Assembly (NCBI GenBank): GCA_043228905.1 | Contig: JBHGNT010000021.1 | Coordinates: 558,001-622,000 of the forward strand | Reading direction: 5' to 3' | Source of the DNA: Azolla caroliniana | Taxonomy: Eukaryota > Plantae > Polypodiophyta | DNA length: 64,000 nt | Shown: positions 55,560-64,000 of the stretch, piece after piece | How the letters are laid out: every line of letters begins with the position of its first letter | How positions within the stretch are numbered: the stretch's first letter is position 1 | The notes under the pieces: model-generated | Databases searched by the model: none | Told to the model about the DNA's origin: nothing | What the model saw: only the letters and a program-made list of their open reading frames with translations | Made by a program: the position numbers and the translations under genes

Positions 55560-56288
55560 TAGGAATTAAGCAATGGTTTGGCCTTATCCAAGCCAAATTG
55601 GTTAAGCCTAAACCGTTTGGGGTTCTCAAACCTGAACTGAATCGATCCCTAAACTGGTTTAGGCTAAACCAGTTTGGCCTAAACCAATTGAGGAACCGGT
55701 TTGTGAAGCGGTTTGGGACAAAAAAGCTGAAGATACCCAATAAAACACCACTACCACTACCACTTCCTCCTCATAACTCCCACCCCCTCGGCCTTACCAC
55801 TGATGAGTCAAACTCAACTCCAAGTGCCACCACCACGACTCCCTCTTTGTAGACTACTATGATTGGTCGGGTGACATCCATGAATCCCTTGCCTCCCACT
55901 ACCCGAACCATGAGACCCAAGGCTATGGCGACCTATCACTCTCGGTGATCCAACCCTTCTCCAAAGAATGTATATAGCGTTGTTGAACAACACGGAGGTT
56001 CCCTGATTGTCCACTATGCAAGCTCTCTCTCCCTCTCCCTCCCTCCCTCTCTCGTCACTCAACACTATGTTACCTAAGGCTTCCTATCAATGAGACTCTG
56101 TCAACTTTCAAGTTCTAAGTTCTAAACCCTAATTCTTAAATTCCCATAAACGGCTTAAACAGTTTGATCCGGTTTGACAAGGCTAAAGCCAAACTGAGCC
56201 AACGTTTAGGTAGGCTCTAGCCGAGCCGAGTTGCTAAACCGGTTTAGCTAAACAGTTTAGGCTTGAGTCGAGACATTGTCGATCCCTA
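55560..56288. mobile_element. Non-autonomous hAT-like element, same family as 54373-54736
   Basis: Termini TAGG...GATCCCTA, perfect 8-bp TSD ATGTAAGG (55552-55559 and 56289-56296), AAACCG subterminal repeats. Confidence 0.85.
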
Positions 56289-58179
56289 ATGTAAGGTAAA
56301 ATGGAATATGCTTAATGATATACAAAAGAAGTGCTGAAAACCAAAAACATATGGTGTTGAACTTGTCCAATGGGAGACGTGAACAGATAAAAGGAAAAGA
56401 GAATAAAGCATCTGGAATAAAAAAAGTAAGATCATACAAGGTTTTAGTGTAGACGAAATTCCAGAGCAAATACTTACACACTTTCAATGGCGTGCATCCA
56501 ATCAAAAAACAACTCATGAACATCCATCATTGTGTGAATTAGCATAATAAGTATTTTCTAATGATTTAATCAATGGAGTACATGACCAGATCAAACAAGT
56601 TCAAGAAGGAAGAGAATGTCGTAGGTAATGGTCAAATTCAACATTTGTGTGTGTTTGTGTGCTTTGATGTGCATGCATGCTGTCTTTACCCCTAAAGCAA
56701 AAATTATTTGGGCCACACCAACTTTACAAATGGTCCAAGCACCCATAGGGCACCTACTATTTACTATGCCATTTTCCATAAAGGGCATATTATGCCCACT
56801 CTCTCTTCATATCCCATGTGTACAAATGGTGTGTTGTCTCCTCCCAACTACCTAATTTATTTTGTTACATTCACACAAATACATAGGTGCCTCAATGGAC
56901 TCTCAAATATTGCTCCTCACAAAAAATATTGTGATCATGGGTTTCCTGGTGTACCAACTCGTAGGATAATTGCACGAGTAAAGGTTCATCAAACTTAGTA
57001 TGCTCTTAGTGAATGGTTTTGGAAGTGATTACACTAAATAACTTGTTTTGAAATTGTTTAGATATCAAGTACTCGAATGGGCATATGGAATTACTTAGTA
57101 GATGGATTTCAAGTATAGCTAGTAATATGATAAGTGTGAGACACATAAAATTGCTCAAGTAAATATTCAATTGTAGTTGCGAGATTTTACCTTACTACAA
57201 ATATTGTTTTCAGCAAAGCACAATCGTTCTATACATACGAAACTATTTTCGTACACATATTTACTGTTTAGGTACATATGTATAATACCTCGTAGATGGT
57301 GTTATATGTTTTATATCTTAAAGTTGTCCTCTCAAAGTGCTTGTTTTTTTTGTTTAATACCGTACATAACATATTGGTGTAAAAAGTGGTATCAAACATA
57401 CTTATCCAAAAAGAGAGCTCCAAATATCATAATTTATAAATATTAAAAATGACACAAAATTGTATTCAAATTTCCAAGTTGTGGGAAGTAGGATTCAAAG
57501 ACTCATCTTGAAGCTGAACAAAGAAGAGTAGCACTTCTGTCCATCATAACTCATGTCATGGTTGCATTATTGTCCTTTCTAGCTAAATAAAAAAATGAAG
57601 AGGTTGATGCCTAAATGACATTGGAATGTTAGCTACTACGCTTACACGCCAAAGACAATATGAAATTGATCTCAAGCATCATGTGATGGAATGGCTCATG
57701 TTGTGGTCCTTGTTGTAATCCATATAATTTGTATTGGTTTTCTTGGGAAATAGGAATCGACAACAGTTTGGAAGTTTCCAATTTATTGTAATTGTAATAT
57801 GTAACCATTTTAGACTAGAAGTTTGTTTTAGAAAATGAAATGAGATAGTAAAGTACTATTCCATAAATGTTTAACAAATATGATTTTAGTTATTTTTAGC
57901 TTGAGAGGTACTTAACCCACATTAATATGTTCAATACATATAGCACACATATACACTATACATAACATAGTTGACAACCATGATGCGTGTACACTTATAT
58001 AGATGCATACTTTCTACTCACACATTCATGTACCTACAAACATATACTTATATTTCTTTAACTCTACGTACGTATAACAACTTTTTCTGCAACCAGCAAA
58101 AGACAACTTGGCTAAACTCCATAATAACAACTTTTTTCGCAATGAGAATAAGAGGGGTGCCACTTGATTTTCCATTGAA

Positions 58180-58838
58180 AGATCAAAACCTATGGTACAT
58201 CCTAGTACCAAACTGTGAACCTAATGGTATTTACCGAAATTGCGGATGTGGATTCCATGAAGGAGGATTAACATCCCCAACCCGAAATGCAAAGAACTTG
58301 TTCCAATTAACCAGTGCACCTGAAGCCTTACAGAATGTGGATATGGCCAAATCTGTTTTTTGCAAATTTTCCAAATCACCTTTTAAGTATAGGGTTGTGT
58401 CGTCTGCAAATTCAACGTCCCTTACTTCTATATGTGAGGGTGGAATGCATAGTCCCCCGTATACCAATATCACTAGCATTCAAAAGAGAAACCATTGCCT
58501 CAGTGAAAAACAGAAACATGAAAGGAGCCAAAGGACAACCCTGGCGAACTGATCGAGAAATAGAAAACAAAGGGCCATAATTCCTAGCCAGTAAGACTCA
58601 ACTTTGTGCATAATTATATAATGAAGAAATACCTCTTATCCATTCTTTCGAGAACCCAAAATGAGCCAATACACCTTGTAAAAATTCCCAATCAACACGA
58701 TCATAAGCTTTCTCAAAATCAAGCATAACAATGGCCAACTTTTGATTAGATTTGGCCGTCAAGGCCATAGATTCCCAAAATGCTCCTTTCTCAAATGAAT
58801 CCAGTTTGAGTTGGATGTATAAATGTAGGCATTATAAT
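58180..58838 (-). mobile_element. L1-clade LINE RT fragment, interrupted by the Gypsy LTR
   Basis: Motifs MLDFEKAYDRVDW, VRQGCPLAPFMF and EFADDTTLYL; the coding sequence stops abruptly at the TGTTAC LTR start (58839). Confidence 0.85.
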
Positions 58839-61800
58839 TGTTACGGGCATGACCATATAATATCCCGTGGTAAGAATTTACCGTAGTATTCTATACACGT
58901 GGATAAGTGTGAGGGTTAAATGAGAGTGTAAAGAAGGGGAGGATTACTTTTAATCCTCGGGATTGAGACAACCCATTAGGTCAAGTGTGAACTTGCCTGG
59001 GGGCCTTGGGTATCGCTATAAATAAGAGGCCTAGCTACCCTCATTTGATCATCTTTTGACTACATCGAGACTCTGCTCGTGTGGTGGGTCAACTCTCGTA
59101 CCTGGTGCGCAGATTTTTTTTACTAATGTTTCTTTGTTTTTCATTTGTCTTTTGATTGATGCTGATCGATCGTTGTGCGGTTGGCCTTGATCCAGACAAC
59201 GATCAACAAAGAACTTCGGTAACTCTTTCCATATTTTTTTTTTCTATTCTCTTTTCTCCCATCTAATCATGTGTTTAGTTTATATGTAATTTTTTTCATT
59301 AAGTCAATGATGTTGTAGTGGTCTTTAATTGATTATCTAAAACGTTTACATATGCGCACGAGGTCAATACCTCGTTTGACATATTAATAATATGTGATGA
59401 GTGTCGTATGCGTACGAGGTTAATACCTCAATTACGTATTACGTTCACGAACATATGTTACGTTTGTGTATGAGTTTAATACCTTGATTTGTTGTAAACG
59501 ATATGCGTTTGGTCTCGTATGCGTAAGAGGTCAATACCTCCATTGCGTATTACGATGATCTCTTATTTGTGGATGTTTCGTGTGCGTAGAGGTATATACC
59601 TCGATTACGTATCTCGATCACATCATTTGTGGCTATTTACTATAACGATATGTTGAATATAGGCATATGTGGTCACATATATACGTATTTGATCGTATAT
59701 ATGTGATAAGTAAACATATGTGTATATTCGTTATTACGTGATTATATCGAAAGTTGTCATGATCGGGAAAAGGATGTTGGTGGCCGTCCTCACATTTTTG
59801 TGAGAATGGTGTTGTCACCATCCCTTTTTCAACATTTTTTTTTATTGTTGATAACCCCCTTGACGACCTCGATTTCGTTACGTAAAGAAACGCGAATAGC
59901 CAAAATGATGTTGAGTACGTCGGGCTTGACCCACTTCAAGTGAGGTCGCTCCAATGACGCACGTATCCAACATCCCTCCCTCGTTACATGGATACGATGC
60001 CACCATGAGCTCGTTCTTACGAGAGGCATTCGTAATGACGTGACCATGTGATGGCCCACGTGAGCCTACTACGAAACAAGGGCTCATTTGGATTGACCAT
60101 TAGGTTGCACTTTGGCGTATGCCATCGTAATTACAAGACTTGAGGTTAGGTAACGTACCAACATAGTTTTGGTAAATGAGGGCGAAATAAGGACCCTTGA
60201 CATATATGTTCTTTTAAAAAAACATATATGATCAATTGCCTCACATATCTCTTATACACATCAAACATTAAGCATTCGAGAAGAGCAACTTACTTGGTTG
60301 GCTCAAGTGTTTAATGTATTTGTTCTCGGGGTCTCGAGTTCAAATATGACAAAGACCATACAACATCCTTGATACATATGACTATAACACATGTTTAGAC
60401 TTAAGGTCTAAGTGCACCTCGGGGTCCTCGTAATAGGACTTAAAGAGCCGAAACCACTTATGTGGGCACCGAAACATAGTTTATTGTTAACATTTTTTTC
60501 GTGTATAAACTATTCATGACGCGAACATACATGGTTGAGCCTCGGGGAGCCACCATGAAAAAATCGATATAGAGATCAGGGAAAGACATTTATTTGTCAC
60601 CCCCATGGTTTTTAAAACACCTTTGTGTTACCATAGTAACCTGATCTTGAACCTCATCTCATACGTCTAGAGGGGTATTGACGTGAGATAATGATATCGA
60701 TTAATGCTCGCCCATGATATGTTTACATCACGACATGATGTTATGACTATATCTCTGACCTTATCCTATTTCTTTTCCAGAAATAATCTTTAATGGCTCA
60801 AATTAACGACCCGATGTCATCCGCTCAAGCGGAAGGAACTCAAGGGAATCCTCCTGGACAAATGTCCACTGAGATGTATTTGGCACAAATAACCCAATAC
60901 CTTAGTTTCACCGCTCAACAGATGACCGAACTTCGGCAATCTCAGAGTGCTCTTGAGGCACGTGTCATTAGTCTACAACGTGAGACTAATAGACCTGATG
61001 AGCGACAAGGTGAACCATCATTTGTCGTTAAGCCATTTACGGGAGACAAAAAGGAAAGAACCGAAGAAGCAATCTGCACATGGTTGGGACGATGGGAGTC
61101 TCATTTTGAGCTCTATCCCACGCCAGATAGTACGAAGATTGCATATGTCGGCCGAGAACTTGGGGGTAAGGCCGCCGCCTGGTGGCGTGGCCTCCGTACT
61201 ATGGGGAAATTGCCCGATACCTGGACAGATTTTGTCACGGTTTTTAAGGGCCAATTTCTGCAACCTCCCTCTCGAACCGAGGCAGCACAAGCTTTAATGA
61301 ACCTCTCTAGCAGGAAATTTTCCTCGCTAGAAGACTATGTTCACCATGCTAGAACCCAATTCCAAAAATCGGGTCTAGAAGGGGACAATTGGTTAATAGC
61401 TTGTTTTGTCAATGGCATCCCCAATTCGGACTATCACTGGATAGTGCACGATAAGGATCCAAAATCCTTCGAAGAGGCCGTTGAAATAGTTCTTCGCTAT
61501 CAACGCACTTCGAAGAAGGACCATAACAAACCCAACGAAGCGCCCGGGACTAAGCAGTCGCAATTTGTTGGGAAACGCAAGACACCCAACGAATTCCTGG
61601 ATCGCGATTGTAAGCGACAACATCCTTTTTGTGTATTCTGCAAAAAGAAGGGTCATACAAAAGATCAATGTCGAAAGCTCCAACGGAAAGAGCACGACAA
61701 CAAAGCTAAAGCTGCAGACCATAAAGGTCAGATTCCTAATGTCCTTCAGGTCTATACACACCATTTAAGTAATTGTCAATGTTCTTTTCCTCACTATGTA

Positions 61801-64000
61801 TTGGGTCCCAATGATTTACTACGTGCAAACGGGTATATCAATGGATCTCCCGTACAATTTTTATTTGATTCGGGAAGCTCACACAATTTTGTGAATGATC
61901 GTTTGGTTCAGATATGGGGAATCCAACCCACCGTAAGTGATCACACCTACACGGTGCACTTGGCTGATGGAAGAGTACAATACATCAACGGGGCGATTCA
62001 TTCATTAGGAATTTCTATTGATACTTATATAGAGGAAGTAGACTTCCATGTAATGAATCTTTGTACCACCGATGTAATACTGGGGTATCCCTGGTTTTAT
62101 AATAAAAACTCTTCTTTATTTATTGATTGGGTTCGTCATTCCATTTCTTTTGTACTGAACGATTGTACGCATTTTATTCAATGTGTAAAAAAACAATCCC
62201 TCTCGATTGTTTCCTCGTGTCCATCAATATCCGAGTTGTCTTGTTCTACGTTATTTTATTGTGTACTTGATCCGGACATTCACGTTTACAATATCGATAA
62301 TGTCCCGATTCAATTAACATATTTTGAACAACAACAACTTGATGAAATCTTAAATGATTTTCATGATGTTTTTCCAAGTGAACTACCTGATGGGTTACCT
62401 CCTAAACGTAATATAGACCATCGTATAGATATTGTACCTGGTGTTGCACCAATAAGTATACCTCCGTATCGCTTAAGTCGATCCGAAGAAGATGAGGTAT
62501 CTAAGCAACTTAAGGACTATTTACGAATGGGTTATATACGTTATAGTAAATCTCCATGGGGTGCACCAGTTCTCTTGGTTAAAAAGAAAGAGGGCACATG
62601 GCGTATGTGTATTAATTACCGGCGCTTGAATAAAGTGACGATCAAGAATTCGTATCCATTGCCCCGGGCTGACGATCTAATTGACCGTCTCCAGGGAGCT
62701 CGGTATTTTACGAAACTTGATCTCCGTACTGGCTACCATCAAATACGAATAAGTGAGGACGATGTTCCTAAAACGGCATTTCGTACGCGCTATGGCCATT
62801 ACGAGTTTTTGGTTATGCCTTTTGGTTTGACCAATGCTCCGGCTACTTTTCAACAAGAAATGAATGACATTTTCCGAGAACAACTTGGAAAATTTGTCGT
62901 TATTTTCCTGGATGATATTTTAGTTTATAGCCGTACATTACAAGAACATGCTAGACATGTCCGCTTTGTTTTACAAACATTGCGTGACAAACAGTTTTAT
63001 GCGAAGATCTCAAAATGTGAGTTCTTCAAGAAATCAATTACTTATCTAGGACATCTCATAACCGAACGAGGAGTTGAAATTGATCCTTCTCGCATTGAGA
63101 AAATCAAGCTTTGGCCCACTCTTCGGAATATTCGAGAAGTTCGATCATTCCTTGGTTTTGTGGGGTTTTTGCGAAAGTCTCTTCGTAATTACTCCCAATT
63201 GACGACGCCATTTACTGATCTTTTAAAAGGTCAAACGCGTAAGTCTACAAAACCTATTGTGTGGAATGCTACACTAGACCTTGCCTTTAAGGAACTCAAG
63301 GACCTGGTTTGCAAGGCTCCTTCACTTCTTTTACCTGATCCCTCAAAACCTTTTGAGGTTGAAACCGATGCAAGCGATTATGCTATAGGTGCTGTCTTGT
63401 ATCAAGATGGTAAACCAATAGCATTCGAGAGTAAGAAACTTGATTCTGCTCAATGTCGGTATACCGTTCAAGAAAAGGAATTATTTGCAGTTATACATGC
63501 GCTCAAAACATGGCGCCATTATCTTTATGGAAATCACTTTGTGGTAACTACGGACCACGAGTCCTTGAAATATTTTTGTGACCAACAAGACTTGAAAGGT
63601 CGTAAGGCACGATGGGCTGATCTCATCCAGGACTTTGATTTTTCCATACGATATCGTAAAGGTTCCATGAACACTGTCGCTGATGCACTAAGTCGCATCC
63701 GTGAAGTTAACATGCTTAGCTTCACTGAAATATCATCAGATCTTTATGATCACCTTCGAGGAAAGTATCCTGATGACAGTTATTTCGCAAAATACTGGGC
63801 AAGAGTTGAGTCTGGAACAGACACCACCACATCCTCGAAGGAATACTTCCACATTGCTAACGGTTTGCTCTACCGTAATGGGAAGGTTTGTGTTCCAGAT
63901 TTACCCGAGGTCAAAAAGAGGATTCTTTTTGAATGCCATGATGCACCCTCAGCAGGGCACCCTGGAATACATCGTACACTCGTTCTCATCTCCACTCAAT
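58839..64000 (+). mobile_element. Ty3/Gypsy LTR retrotransposon (chromovirus/Tf1-like), 5' part
   Basis: Putative 5' LTR 58839-~60163 (TG...CA, TATAAATA at 59017), PBS-like TGG at 60170, leader, then gag-pol. The LTR end is unverified because the 3' LTR lies outside the window. Confidence 0.9.
60793..64000 (+). CDS. Gypsy gag-pol polyprotein, single uninterrupted ORF truncated by the window end
   Basis: Gag (AAAWWR; CCHC knuckle [14 protein letters not shown]), protease [12 protein letters not shown] ([35 protein letters not shown]), RNase H ([12 protein letters not shown]) and integrase zinc finger start ([11 protein letters not shown]). The PR-RT-RH-IN order is Gypsy-type; no stop codon before the window end. 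Confidence 0.93.
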   Translation, partial: MAQINDPMSSAQAEGTQGNPPGQMSTEMYLAQITQYLSFTAQQMTELRQSQSALEARVISLQRETNRPDERQGEPSFVVKPFTGDKKERTEEAICTWLGRWESHFELYPTPDSTKIAYVGRELGGKAAAWWRGLRTMGKLPDTWTDFVTVFKGQFLQPPSRTEAAQALMNLSSRKFSSLEDYVHHARTQFQKSGLEGDNWLIACFVNGIPNSDYHWIVHDKDPKSFEEAVEIVLRYQRTSKKDHNKPNEAPGTKQSQFVGKRKTPNEFLDRDCKRQHPFCVFCKKKGHTKDQCRKLQRKEHDNKAKAADHKGQIPNVLQVYTHHLSNCQCSFPHYVLGPNDLLRANGYINGSPVQFLFDSGSSHNFVNDRLVQIWGIQPTVSDHTYTVHLADGRVQYINGAIHSLGISIDTYIEEVDFHVMNLCTTDVILGYPWFYNKNSSLFIDWVRHSISFVLNDCTHFIQCVKKQSLSIVSSCPSISELSCSTLFYCVLDPDIHVYNIDNVPIQLTYFEQQQLDEILNDFHDVFPSELPDGLPPKRNIDHRIDIVPGVAPISIPPYRLSRSEEDEVSKQLKDYLRMGYIRYSKSPWGAPVLLVKKKEGTWRMCINYRRLNKVTIKNSYPLPRADDLIDRLQGARYFTKLDLRTGYHQIRISEDDVPKTAFRTRYGHYEFLVMPFGLTNAPATFQQEMNDIFREQLGKFVVIFLDDILVYSRTLQEHARHVRFVLQTLRDKQFYAKISKCEFFKKSITYLGHLITERGVEIDPSRIEKIKLWPTLRNIREVRSFLGFVGFLRKSLRNYSQLTTPFTDLLKGQTRKSTKPIVWNATLDLAFKELKDLVCKAPSLLLPDPSKPFEVETDASDYAIGAVLYQDGKPIAFESKKLDSAQCRYTVQEKELFAVIHALKTWRHYLYGNHFVVTTDHESLKYFCDQQDLKGRKARWADLIQDFDFSIRYRKGSMNTVADALSRIREVNMLSFTEISSDLYDHLRGKYPDDSYFAKYWARVESGTDTTTSSKEYFHIANGLLYRNGKVCVPDLPEVKKRILFECHDAPSAGHPGIHRTLVLISTQ

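Noticed and set aside
59351-59612. CRISPR array interpretation of the palindromic repeat-spacer pattern
   Set aside because: Eukaryotic LTR context, degenerate repeats and no cas genes; reported instead as a stem-loop array.
60995-61020. Hammerhead ribozyme core (CTGATGAG...GAA), also CTGATGAG near 36867, 51092 and 55800
   Set aside because: No convincing stem II followed by GAAA and no closing helices; the 60995 hit lies in gag coding sequence.

Overview
AT-rich land-plant nuclear DNA, probably a fern or other non-seed vascular plant (inferred from the LEAFY sequence). I reconstructed five protein-coding genes by reading splice sites by hand. They are: a 4-exon p24beta/emp24-GOLD cargo receptor (+, 3422-8558); an intronless 531-aa putative plastid protein of unknown function (-, 11440-13035); the 10-exon cytosolic tRNA 2-thiolase CTU1 (-, 16416-24799); a 3-exon LEAFY (+, ~37012-39058); and a 5-exon IMP/S26-fold protein lacking the catalytic dyad (+, 44551-52366). 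The remainder is a mosaic of L1 and RTE-like LINE remnants, a Copia remnant with one LTR, MULE/hAT/Tourist MITEs, tandem duplications, and an intact Ty3/Gypsy element running off the right edge. Highlights: (1) LFY has CTG where the conserved initiator ATG should be, so it may start at a non-AUG codon, and it has upstream ORFs. (2) CTU1 contains both a U12 AT-AC intron and a GC-AG intron. (3) The Gypsy element has a non-tRNA-Met PBS complementary to its own post-TATA sequence, suggesting self-priming. (4) Its LTR carries a regularly spaced array of five conserved stem-loops separated by unique spacers. Family assignments come from recalled motifs; no database searches were run.
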